Virus record (IMG/VR): IMGVR_UViG_3300013131_000002 | Span: 14,252 to 78,251 of that record | Strand: one strand, 5' to 3' | From: a virus | Length of the DNA: 64,000 nucleotides | Shown here: in pieces, positions 27,759 through 37,647 of the stretch | How the letters are laid out: each line of letters starts with the position of its first letter | Position numbering within the stretch: the first letter of the stretch is position 1 | Notes under the pieces: generated by a model | Told to the model about the DNA's origin: nothing | Databases searched by the model: none | What the model saw: the letters and a program-made list of their open reading frames with translations, nothing else | Position numbers and translations under genes: made by a program

Positions 27759-30700
27759 TTAACAGATTTCTTTTAGTATTTCGTTTGCTTCTTGTGGAGT
27801 TTTACCTAACTCTATTAAGAAGGAGTAAGTTACTTCCGATTTTTCATATTCAATACCATCTACACTTACAGTTTGTAAAGATACAATATCTTCGTTTAAT
27901 AGATCAGGATTTGATCCTTCTGTTGCTGCTACTAATGCTTGAAGGTCTTCCATAGACATAGGAGCCCCAGTAGATTGTGCAGGTGCTGGAGTAGTTGGTG
28001 TTGGAGCAGTTTCTTTTGTAACTTCCTTCTTAACCTTTATTTTTAGTTTAAGAGCCATACCTGGTCTTAAGAAATTAGATTTTAGGTTGTTAGCTTTCTT
28101 AATAGCATCTACAGTTGTTCCATATTTAGCTGCAAGAGATTTTAAAGTCTCACCTTTTTTAACAATGTGCTTTTTCCAAACCTCTTGTTCTACAGTTTCT
28201 TTACTAGCAGCTTTCTCTGCAGCAGCTTTTTTCTCAGCTTGTTGTGCAGCTATAGCAGCAGCAATAGCATCTGGTACAGCTGGGGTAGTAACAGGTACAC
28301 CTGGCATTCCTGGAAGAGTTGGTAATCCCAAGTTGATATCTGCAGTGATAGTATTTGCAGCAGGAGCAGGTTGATTTGTAGGCTGATCGAATACCTTAGC
28401 TTTCATCTCCTCCTTAACTTCTATAGCTACTCCATTAGATTCAATAGTTCCAAACTCTAATCCGATGTCAAAGAAGACTGATCCATACCCATTATTGGCT
28501 ACGTCAGATGCTAAGATAGCTTTACTTCCAATTCCTTCTTTACGATCTTCCGTTGCTTCTTTCTCAGAGAATAAATAATCTGTGTAAGAAGGGTAAGTTC
28601 TTTCAGAGTTTATAGGGCTTACATATGGAGCATTGGTTTCAAGAAGGGCTTTAGAAACTTGGAAACGTTTCTGAGCAAGCTGATCTAAAAACTCTTTAAC
28701 CATTACTGGCTTCAATTTTTCAAACTCTGCTTTATCTCTTGCTGCAGATTTGAAATCTTTACCACCTTCTTCTGTTTGCTCCACTACAGTAAAAGAGAAT
28801 GGGAGATCAGCATTACCTGTTCTCTTGTATTCTTCTATTGCAGGAATAAGTTTATCATATTGTACAGACACTAAGCTGTTAGCAGCAGGAGACCAGAATG
28901 TTACACGGATACCGTTCTTTCCTTCTGTAGCTCCCCAGTTTTTACTAACTTCTTCCACATACATATAACCAGGAGCAGATACTTTAATCTTGTTAGTACC
29001 AACTATTTGGTTAAAGGTATTTACATCTCTATTTTTCAAAGATGCTATAGCAGCATCTTGTGCTTCTTGAGTTAAGAATCTTGTACTACCTTGTACTACA
29101 CGGTAGTTTCCATTAGGGTCTTGTACTAAGAATGCTACAACCCCTGCATCTGTTAAGTTATCATAGTTAAGGATTGCTTGCTCTAATGCATATGAAATTT
29201 TAGATAACTCTTCAGGCATTAAACCTTCTGTATTTCCTAATTCCCATCTACGAGTTATAGAGCTAGTATTTCCTTCTGCATCTTTAGTTTCTACCCCGGT
29301 AGCTATAGCTACTATAGGAGTGGTGCTAGTAGGAACTCCATTAACAAATCTTGTCCCTAATCCATTTTCAGAAGCAGGATTTACAAAGATTACATTCCCA
29401 AGTATATCACGAAGGTTGATAATATTACCTTTACTTCCAGTAGTAAACTTCTTAGATTTTATTGTAGATGTAGCTTTTCCACCATTTTTAATAGTGTCGT
29501 AAATTATTTGACGAGTATGTCCTTTGTATCCATCAGTAGAATCAGGTCTAAATCCTGTAAGCATTCCTACGTAAGTTTCTACTTGTATAGTTTTCCCAAC
29601 AGAGTCTACTTTATCTTCTACTATTTTAACAAAGATTGGAACTTCCTCCCAATGTCTATCTTCTGGAAGAGAGTCCTTACCCTCAGTCTGCCACCACTTA
29701 GTATCTTCTCTTACTTCAAATACTACAGTTGTACCAGGTTTAGCTGTATTAGGATTTCCTAAAGCTTTCTTGTCCAATGTGATAATGCCGATCTCATCTC
29801 CTTTCTCATTTACCACAATACGACTTTTTCTACGAGTGTCATTAGGAATGCCTACAGATACTTCTGTGCTACTAGCAGTTCCTAATACTTTATAGTTATC
29901 ATCTAAATCATATTCACCTTTTGTAAGTTGAATATCTAATTGCACAGACACTGTGTTTCCAGTAGGAACTTCCTCATCAGTTTCGAATTCGATAGGATTA
30001 ACTAGTCCAACAGTAGTAACTTGTCCACCAGCTTGATCTGTATGAGTGTTACTAGACATGTCATTAGTAGCTTTTTGCTCGTCTGCTAATCTTGCTTCGA
30101 TTTCACCAGGCTCTGTTCCTACTTCATCCAGCCCCGTGTCTTCAGATGTTTCTCCAGTTCGCTGACTCTGTTCTTCAGCGATTTGCCTTGCAGCAGTTTC
30201 TTCAGTTCCTTCGGCAGATACTGTTCTACGACCCAACTTGATGTCAATTTCATCGGTATAATCATTTATTTGTTCAATTTTTCTAGCAGCTTTCTTTTCA
30301 TTGAAAGCTATAACTTGTCTTGCTTGAGTAATTTCGTTTTGTATTTCAGCAAGTTTTTTAGCACCCTCTACTGTGTTAGGGTCTATACTTCCAGAGTTTA
30401 GAGTATTTTGATGCTCATCAATCAATGCTTGAAGTTTATCAATCTCCTCATCTAGTATAGCTACTTCTACTTCAAGCTCTTCAATTTTTTGACCCAAGGC
30501 CCCAACTTCTATTTGTATTCTTTCACCTCTGTCTACAAGAGTAGTACGTCTAACATTATGCATTTTTTGCATACTAGCAATAAGACCTCTTAATTTCTTA
30601 ACAGTTTCATCTTTATTAGCATCTTGCAAAGTATAACCTAAAGCAGCATAATCTGCATAAACACTATCTAATACTTTATTTAAAGTTCTGATATTAGATG

Positions 30701-33700
30701 AGAGTTGAAGCATCTGCATTTTAATAACTTCATTAGTTATTGCATCTACAGGTAGAGTATACTCTTGGCTTATTACAGAGTCTACAATTTCTTGTATAAT
30801 CTCTTGTCTGTCTTGTTCTACTTCTTGAGTCTCTTCTTCAGTCATAGTAGCAACTTGACTAGTATAGTTTCTAAATGCCATAGCTAATAATAGCTTTTCA
30901 TATACAGCATCTATAACCTCTACTTCATCTTGCCCTCTACGTTTTCTGAATGTGTAGTATTCTTGTTTATCTACATCAAATAAAGTAATGCTGCTAACTT
31001 CTCCATCGGGACTGAGGTTAACTGCATCCATAATTGTAACACCCGTGTTTTCATAACGTCTTCCTCCTATTAAGAACCCACGACCTGTGGGTGCATGTGT
31101 ACGAACTCCGTCAACTTCCACTACTTCAGTATCAGCATTTGTTACAAGCTTATTTGCTTCAGTAACAGTTGGATCAGCTGCTCTTCTTTCTTCTTCTAGC
31201 ATTCTTTGCCCAAGATCATCTACTTCATCTTCTGGGGTATTTACTTCAGAAGTTTTTCTAGCAGATGCATCATTAGCTATTACCTCTTTAAATTTATTTG
31301 TAAACTGCTCTAATCCTGCTAAATTTTCTATAGCATCTGCCCAGATAAAAGTTTCAGAAGGATTTGATTGCATTTGGTATTGAGCAACTACTATTAATTT
31401 TTTAGCAGCTTTATCATAGTAAACACTTAATCCAGTTACTACTACAGGTTCTTGAAACTGTGCTGCAAGTTTAATTTGAATTTGCTCTGTAACAGCTGCA
31501 AGTATTTTATCACCTTGCTTTTCTCTATTTATAAATTTAAATAAAGCAGCAAGATCATATGGCATACTGTCTACCTCATCCAATATAGAATTAACTTTAT
31601 TAGTTATTCCAGCTCTTAGTTCTGAATTCTTTTTATATTTCAAGGATTCGTTATAAGCAGCTTTCATCATTGGAGACATAGAGTCATAATCTAACTTTCT
31701 CATCTCCTCAACAGATAGAGTAGAAAATTTATCTTTTCTAATTTCTGCCTGACGTTTCTTAAGTTCTTTGATAGTCTTTAAAGCTTCAGCTTTTAGAGTA
31801 TCATCAGTGATATTAGGAAGTGCATTGATTAATTGTTCAGCTGTTTGAGCATGAAGTATTAAATCTTTTGCTACTTGATTTCTTCTCTCTTCTAAATTCT
31901 TACTTTGATCAGCTTGAAGTGCTTCGTAATATAAAGTACGTTTGTCTGGATTTTTACGTAACTCTTCATATGCAGATACAGCTTGCTCTCTTGCAGCAGC
32001 TGTTGCAAACATATCTGAAAAAGCATTGTTAATTTCTTCTCTGTCTTGTGGATCTAAAGCTCGTAGAACCAGGTTCAAATGGTCTACAGTATTTTTACCC
32101 ATAGAGTATTGCAACAGTTCTTCTACAGATTTAGAATCTACTTTTCCATCAGCTCCTGGGGTAACTTTTCCAGACTTGATAGAGAACTTTAATATATTAG
32201 GATCTAATGCTGGTAATCCTTGAGCTTTTAATTTATCATTTACTTTATCTACAAGTTGATCAATTTTTGCTTCGTGATTATCCATTTCAACAGCAGCAGA
32301 GTAAAGCATATTACGATATGCTTCTGTTACTCTGATTTGAAGATCCTCTTGGTTACGTTGCTCTGCAGACATAGTCAATCTTTCCAAAGGAGTGGACCTC
32401 TCTTGGATAGGAATCATTTCTTTAATATTCTTAGCAACTTGTGTATTTCTTCTTAAAGCATCTTTAACATCTCTTACAGTAGACTGAATATCTTTTTCTG
32501 TAAAAGCTTTAGCTTGGCTTTCATTTAAATGTGGAAGAGCAAATTTTACAAATTCTTCTGGAGTCAGTTTCTCTAGATCGTCCAACATTTCTTCATACAT
32601 ATCTGTAGCCCCAAACTGCTCAGCAATCATTGCTTCATTTGCTAGAGCTTTTGATAAAATATTAGCAGCAGTTTTATGATCTCCTTTCTTAGTGGCTTTA
32701 TGGTAATCCTCCATCATAGCTTGAGTCTCAGAAGACATCTCTGCACGTTGTGTAATCTTAGATAGGATACCTGAGTTTCTGATTGCTAATATTTTTTCTG
32801 TAGCTTGCTTTTGTTGTTTAGATTGTCCTCTAGAAGAGAATGCAGTCATACCTCCACCTATCATTGCCCCTATCAAACCTTGCTCTAAACTCTCTTCTTC
32901 TGTAAAAGTCTTTTTAAATGCTTCAGCAAAATGTTCAGCTACACTAGCAGTACCGTCTGTTTGTCTTTTACTCCAATACCCTAAGTTAAATTGTTGGGCA
33001 CCATACTGTGCAAGTTCTTGTCCTCCCTCGAATATTGCTCCCTTACCTAGTGTGGCACCTTTTTTTACAACTTTTTCAGCTAACTTTCCAGCTTTACTTG
33101 TAAACCAAGTAGCCTCTGTAGCAGATCCTGCAGCTCCAGTAAGTCTTGATGCTGTTACAACTTCTTCTCCAATACCTGCAACAGGGACATTAAATCTTCC
33201 AAGCAACTTGCTTCCCATTAAAGCTGAGATCATAAACATGTTTGATCCTAAAAGGATAGGCATGTTAATAGCAAAGTTTGTATTACCAGCTGCATTTGCA
33301 TATCTTTCAATCTCAGCCATCTCATCTGGTGGAATCAAGTTTCTTGATTTACCAGGATTAGCAGCTTCCCATTCTTGAAATTTAGTTTCTATATATTGTC
33401 TTTTAACATCACGAGATTCTACGGCAGCTTCTGCATACGATGCTGAGTAAGATGCTGCTAGCATTTTTCCAGCCTTCATCATTCTACCTTTGAATGGGCT
33501 GATTTGACCTGCAGCTAAATTTTCTACAGCTCGTACAGAGTTAGCACTTGCTGCCCCACCACCTCCAATTGTTCTAGTAGCTGCTGCAGCTTCTGCTCCT
33601 AATGCTTCAGATATTACACCAGCTTTTGGTCCTTTTCCTACAGCTCTTTGGATTAAGTTTTTAGCTCCACGATATGCACTTCCTGATATAGACTTTCCTT

Positions 33701-35054
33701 TTGTTAAATATAAAGGAGCCATAGCACCAGCAGCAAATCCTATCCCATTCATTACTTTGTCAAAGTAGAAGTTAGCAGAACCTTCTTCAAATGGAATCCA
33801 ATTAATTTCATTACTATCTAACTCTTTTCTAGTATAGTAAAATGGCATAGCATTGCTAGCACTTTCTCTAAGTTCATCTAAATAATTTCCTAAGTCTGTA
33901 TCCCAATAAGCAGCTGCTATATCTTGCCAAGCTTCTGGCCCACTTTTGTCTTGAATGGTTTTTGAAACAGCTTCTTTATATCGAGCTAGAACTTGTTTAG
34001 ATCCTATTCCACCAGGTGCATTATATCCAACTGTTCCCCCAAACATAGATTTAATAGCTAATCCTGCTTGGTAAGATCCAGATCTTTGAGCTTTCTCTTC
34101 TTTAATAGCCATAACAGCGTCATCCACTGTTAGGTTTTTTTCACGAAGAGCTCTCATTAAAGCTGCATCTGTTTCTATAGTCGATCTTAAATTTCTTTCT
34201 AAAGTAGCTTCGTCAGATGTTTTTTCTATTATAGCTTTTCTAGTAGGTCCTCCTGCAAACTGATCCTCAGCCATTACAGACTCGTCTAGATAATATTCTC
34301 TTCCGTCAGATCCTTTTACAGTTTCATGTGGGGACATCAATCCAAATGATTCTAAAAAGTCTACAGCAGAGAATAACAATCCTGGAGTAGATTCTTCTGC
34401 CTCCAACATTGTGTGAGTTTTATTTTTTCCAGCTATATAACTTTCAGTAGCTCTTTTAGTCTCAGCATTTAATCCTGCAATCCCTAAACTTGCTAATCCT
34501 GTTGGAGCTCCAAGTAATGATTCGGTACCTGTAGTTAATGCTGTTACAAGCAAGTTACCTGCACCATATCCAAACTTTGTCCAAGATCCTTGCTTTTGAG
34601 CCCTCATGTCTTCCCAGTCATTCTCCGTAGTAGGAGTAAAACCGTTTGCCATCATCTTCCTAGCACTAGGATCTTTTGGGCCCTTACCATGTAGGAATTC
34701 TATTTCTTTGGTACCTGTCAAGAATCCACGGTTAACACCGTCATACATCTTGTAGGAATCTGTATTATTAAATGGTTTTCCAGTAAAGGGATCTAATTGA
34801 CTGGCAGACTGCAGTTCATATAGATTAAATTTATTGCTATTAATATTTTTGTTAATAGCTGATACTGTATCTTTAGACACGGGATTTCCACCCATATCTA
34901 GTACAGGTCCTTTTGGTTTATTCTTTAATCCAGGTCCAGATACACTTTCTAAATTTAAAACTGCTCCTCCTGTACTTGAAGATTGGTAAGGCACTCCAGT
35001 AAGGGGATCTACCCCAGGTGATGGGGTAAAAGGGTCTTTGTTAAATTCTGCCAT
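27759..35054 (-). CDS. giant virion ejection protein with a C-terminal LysM domain
   Basis: 2431 aa; Gly/Ala-rich hydrophobic N-terminal segments, coiled coils, LysM HIVKKGETLKSLAAKYGTTVDAIKKANNL. Confidence 0.8.
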   Translation of the reverse strand: MAEFNKDPFTPSPGVDPLTGVPYQSSSTGGAVLNLESVSGPGLKNKPKGPVLDMGGNPVSKDTVSAINKNINSNKFNLYELQSASQLDPFTGKPFNNTDSYKMYDGVNRGFLTGTKEIEFLHGKGPKDPSARKMMANGFTPTTENDWEDMRAQKQGSWTKFGYGAGNLLVTALTTGTESLLGAPTGLASLGIAGLNAETKRATESYIAGKNKTHTMLEAEESTPGLLFSAVDFLESFGLMSPHETVKGSDGREYYLDESVMAEDQFAGGPTRKAIIEKTSDEATLERNLRSTIETDAALMRALREKNLTVDDAVMAIKEEKAQRSGSYQAGLAIKSMFGGTVGYNAPGGIGSKQVLARYKEAVSKTIQDKSGPEAWQDIAAAYWDTDLGNYLDELRESASNAMPFYYTRKELDSNEINWIPFEEGSANFYFDKVMNGIGFAAGAMAPLYLTKGKSISGSAYRGAKNLIQRAVGKGPKAGVISEALGAEAAAATRTIGGGGAASANSVRAVENLAAGQISPFKGRMMKAGKMLAASYSASYAEAAVESRDVKRQYIETKFQEWEAANPGKSRNLIPPDEMAEIERYANAAGNTNFAINMPILLGSNMFMISALMGSKLLGRFNVPVAGIGEEVVTASRLTGAAGSATEATWFTSKAGKLAEKVVKKGATLGKGAIFEGGQELAQYGAQQFNLGYWSKRQTDGTASVAEHFAEAFKKTFTEEESLEQGLIGAMIGGGMTAFSSRGQSKQQKQATEKILAIRNSGILSKITQRAEMSSETQAMMEDYHKATKKGDHKTAANILSKALANEAMIAEQFGATDMYEEMLDDLEKLTPEEFVKFALPHLNESQAKAFTEKDIQSTVRDVKDALRRNTQVAKNIKEMIPIQERSTPLERLTMSAEQRNQEDLQIRVTEAYRNMLYSAAVEMDNHEAKIDQLVDKVNDKLKAQGLPALDPNILKFSIKSGKVTPGADGKVDSKSVEELLQYSMGKNTVDHLNLVLRALDPQDREEINNAFSDMFATAAAREQAVSAYEELRKNPDKRTLYYEALQADQSKNLEERRNQVAKDLILHAQTAEQLINALPNITDDTLKAEALKTIKELKKRQAEIRKDKFSTLSVEEMRKLDYDSMSPMMKAAYNESLKYKKNSELRAGITNKVNSILDEVDSMPYDLAALFKFINREKQGDKILAAVTEQIQIKLAAQFQEPVVVTGLSVYYDKAAKKLIVVAQYQMQSNPSETFIWADAIENLAGLEQFTNKFKEVIANDASARKTSEVNTPEDEVDDLGQRMLEEERRAADPTVTEANKLVTNADTEVVEVDGVRTHAPTGRGFLIGGRRYENTGVTIMDAVNLSPDGEVSSITLFDVDKQEYYTFRKRRGQDEVEVIDAVYEKLLLAMAFRNYTSQVATMTEEETQEVEQDRQEIIQEIVDSVISQEYTLPVDAITNEVIKMQMLQLSSNIRTLNKVLDSVYADYAALGYTLQDANKDETVKKLRGLIASMQKMHNVRRTTLVDRGERIQIEVGALGQKIEELEVEVAILDEEIDKLQALIDEHQNTLNSGSIDPNTVEGAKKLAEIQNEITQARQVIAFNEKKAARKIEQINDYTDEIDIKLGRRTVSAEGTEETAARQIAEEQSQRTGETSEDTGLDEVGTEPGEIEARLADEQKATNDMSSNTHTDQAGGQVTTVGLVNPIEFETDEEVPTGNTVSVQLDIQLTKGEYDLDDNYKVLGTASSTEVSVGIPNDTRRKSRIVVNEKGDEIGIITLDKKALGNPNTAKPGTTVVFEVREDTKWWQTEGKDSLPEDRHWEEVPIFVKIVEDKVDSVGKTIQVETYVGMLTGFRPDSTDGYKGHTRQIIYDTIKNGGKATSTIKSKKFTTGSKGNIINLRDILGNVIFVNPASENGLGTRFVNGVPTSTTPIVAIATGVETKDAEGNTSSITRRWELGNTEGLMPEELSKISYALEQAILNYDNLTDAGVVAFLVQDPNGNYRVVQGSTRFLTQEAQDAAIASLKNRDVNTFNQIVGTNKIKVSAPGYMYVEEVSKNWGATEGKNGIRVTFWSPAANSLVSVQYDKLIPAIEEYKRTGNADLPFSFTVVEQTEEGGKDFKSAARDKAEFEKLKPVMVKEFLDQLAQKRFQVSKALLETNAPYVSPINSERTYPSYTDYLFSEKEATEDRKEGIGSKAILASDVANNGYGSVFFDIGLEFGTIESNGVAIEVKEEMKAKVFDQPTNQPAPAANTITADINLGLPTLPGMPGVPVTTPAVPDAIAAAIAAQQAEKKAAAEKAASKETVEQEVWKKHIVKKGETLKSLAAKYGTTVDAIKKANNLKSNFLRPGMALKLKIKVKKEVTKETAPTPTTPAPAQSTGAPMSMEDLQALVAATEGSNPDLLNEDIVSLQTVSVDGIEYEKSEVTYSFLIELGKTPQEANEILKEIC

Positions 35055-35059
35055 TTGAA

Positions 35060-35069
35060 TACAAATTTA
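35060..35069 (-). promoter_or_regulatory. Bacteroidota -7 promoter element TAAATTTGTA
   Basis: TAnnTTTG ends 7 nt before the ATG at 35054. Confidence 0.55.
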
Positions 35070-37640
35070 CTCAATAATTGGGTTGTATCCACCTATTTGA
35101 AAATATCCGTTATCTTTATTATCTACAATTGATCTAAAGTAATCTGATGTAGCACTGAACTTTCCAAGTTTCTGCCCAGTTGCTCTATTAACAGCTGGTA
35201 CATAAGATCCAGTATTAGGATCAAAGGTAAATAATTCTACTTCTGGAGCACTCTGAATTCCTGAAAATACCATTTTAGTTTTCTCTGGACTTCCAGTATA
35301 AATTCCATCAGCATCTAGATGTCCTGATATTTGCAATCTTTGTATATCAGCAGAATTTTCACTTACAAATTTTTGGAATTCACTAGGACCTGCAACTCTT
35401 TTCTCTTGCAAATTTTTGCTCATATTCATTGCATCAGTATCATCTTGAGTAACTAATCTTTGAAAAGCCATTTCAAATCCATCTTTACCTGACATCTTAC
35501 CCACATTATTTATTGTACGAGTAATTTGAGACATAGGTTGGTTAATAGCATCTAGCATATCTCGAGACCAAACTTGTTCTACAGGGACATGTATTTTTCT
35601 TACTTGATTGTTTTCCCCTTGAACAGTAAATGTGGCAAATTGTCCATAAGCAGATTCTTTTGTTAAAGACATTCCATCCAAATTATTGTAAGTGATGTTT
35701 ACAATTTTAGCTGATTCTGTAAAGTCAGCTCCCCAATCTTTTAACATTTGATCTACGTCTCCTTTTTGAGTAACTCCTAATTGTGTCCAATCACTTCCAG
35801 GTCTGTACAATCCTTGAAATCCTTTTAGAGCACTAATGGGTTTATTCATGAATGCATCATCCATGTTCTTTTTAGTAGCTAATGCAATTGATGGCTCAGT
35901 TCCTACTGGCATATTACTTTCAGTAGTTTGCAAAGTCATAGGTTTAACAGACTTTTTGTGTTCAGCATTTGCATTCCAATAAGCATTTTTTACCTCATCT
36001 AACACATTCCAAATTTGCTCTCCTTTATGAGCTCCTTCCATGTATCTGTGAAAAGAATTCAGATCAGTTCCTTCCCAGTCATTCTGTCCTATTACATTCA
36101 TAAAGTCTCTTTCACTAGCTCCTGCTCCTCTCCATGCTTTATAATCATTCCAAACAGCTTTAAAATCTACTCCAGAAGTTCCGTATCCCCAATTATTAAA
36201 ATCTGCATAGTTTTTATTATCATTTAAAAGCTTTAGAATATTAGCAGTTGACAATTCATTCATCATTCCTTCTTGTGACTCTTTTAAAGTTTTTAAATCC
36301 ATAGTAGCACTATTGATTCTTTGTAAAGCTTCTTGCTTTTCAAATATTCCAGTAGAATCTGATGATACAATTTCTCTATCATTAGCTATTGATAAATTCA
36401 AAGCACCTTCTCTAGAAGCAAGTTCATCCATACTATATCCTGTTACACTTAGTATTTCTCCAGGATTTTTATTAATCAATGCTCTAGCTGCTGCATTAGC
36501 TTCTTCTATAGCTTTCTTTCTAGCATTCTCATCGTCTAAACGTTTCTTATAAAGATCATCATAAGCTTCGTCGTAACTATAAGTAGAGCTAGTTTTATTA
36601 GATATCTTAACTTCAGCTAAGGAAGCATATGGAGCTAAAAGTTCTTGTTTAGCTAAACTTGCAGCATAGTCTAATCTACCCTCTCCACTTTGTTTTTCGA
36701 GATTTTCTAAACTAGCACGATAAGCATCTAAGGTAACTTTGTAATTAGCTTTTTGACCTTTAGGCACATCTCCAGAAGCAATAAGATCTTCTAGTTTTGC
36801 AATTTCTTTTTTATGAGCTTCTATACCAGAGGCATTAATTGCCTGTAGACGAGCTTCATCAATCTTACCATCAGCTCCTGCTACTGCAGAGTATGCTTTA
36901 AGTTTAGATTGTTGTGCTAAGTAAGCTTGTACTTCAGGGTCAGCCATTACGGCATTGTAAGCTTTAGAAACTTTCTCTGCTGATTTTCCTGACCAAGAGC
37001 TTCCTTTTGTTTCAGTAATTTTTAATTTACCAGCTTCTCCAGTTCTTGGATCTTTTTGACCTACTAATCCTGTAGTAGTTGTACTACTTGTAGAATCTTC
37101 TTCAATCAATGCAAGAGCTTTAGATAGTTTCTCGTCTATCTTAGGATCTGATATAATATTCATTGGGGAATAGTAGCTATTAGGATCTACCATTCCAGTT
37201 CTAGGATCTACTTTAATCCCTTCATATCCTTGTGCATACTTGCTATATGGGATTGCATAGTTATAAGCTAATGAACTAATCTCTCCTTTCTTATATCGTT
37301 CTGCTAAGTCTGTTTGATAGTTTACATATCTTTGATAGTTATCATAGATTGGAGCATATTTTTCTTTATACTCTTTTGCAGCTCCGTGAATTCTAAATGC
37401 TTGGTTTTCAAAGTCTCCTCTATCAGCAAATTCTGAAAGTTTGTTTCCAATGTTAGCATCTAACTCTGCTTTCATTCTCTCATCATTGGCAAAGTCAGCA
37501 GCCTTCATTGCATCTAATGACTCATCCAATGCATCAGCATTTTGAAAGTTAGTCATAAATCTATTTCGTAGCTCTTTTGAGATAGCCACTGATTGTGGAT
37601 CTACATACGTGCTTTGATAATCATTAAACTTATAAGGCAT
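35067..37640 (-). CDS. virion cargo/ejection protein
   Basis: 857 aa, helical, no Cys; lies between the 1237-aa cargo gene and the giant ejection genes. Confidence 0.7.
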   Translation of the reverse strand: MPYKFNDYQSTYVDPQSVAISKELRNRFMTNFQNADALDESLDAMKAADFANDERMKAELDANIGNKLSEFADRGDFENQAFRIHGAAKEYKEKYAPIYDNYQRYVNYQTDLAERYKKGEISSLAYNYAIPYSKYAQGYEGIKVDPRTGMVDPNSYYSPMNIISDPKIDEKLSKALALIEEDSTSSTTTTGLVGQKDPRTGEAGKLKITETKGSSWSGKSAEKVSKAYNAVMADPEVQAYLAQQSKLKAYSAVAGADGKIDEARLQAINASGIEAHKKEIAKLEDLIASGDVPKGQKANYKVTLDAYRASLENLEKQSGEGRLDYAASLAKQELLAPYASLAEVKISNKTSSTYSYDEAYDDLYKKRLDDENARKKAIEEANAAARALINKNPGEILSVTGYSMDELASREGALNLSIANDREIVSSDSTGIFEKQEALQRINSATMDLKTLKESQEGMMNELSTANILKLLNDNKNYADFNNWGYGTSGVDFKAVWNDYKAWRGAGASERDFMNVIGQNDWEGTDLNSFHRYMEGAHKGEQIWNVLDEVKNAYWNANAEHKKSVKPMTLQTTESNMPVGTEPSIALATKKNMDDAFMNKPISALKGFQGLYRPGSDWTQLGVTQKGDVDQMLKDWGADFTESAKIVNITYNNLDGMSLTKESAYGQFATFTVQGENNQVRKIHVPVEQVWSRDMLDAINQPMSQITRTINNVGKMSGKDGFEMAFQRLVTQDDTDAMNMSKNLQEKRVAGPSEFQKFVSENSADIQRLQISGHLDADGIYTGSPEKTKMVFSGIQSAPEVELFTFDPNTGSYVPAVNRATGQKLGKFSATSDYFRSIVDNKDNGYFQIGGYNPIIE

Positions 37641-37647
37641 GGTTACT

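Noticed and set aside
34760-37210. Recurrent DPxTG peptides in ejection proteins
   Set aside because: A common beta-turn motif that also occurs in the portal; no evidence of a specific signal
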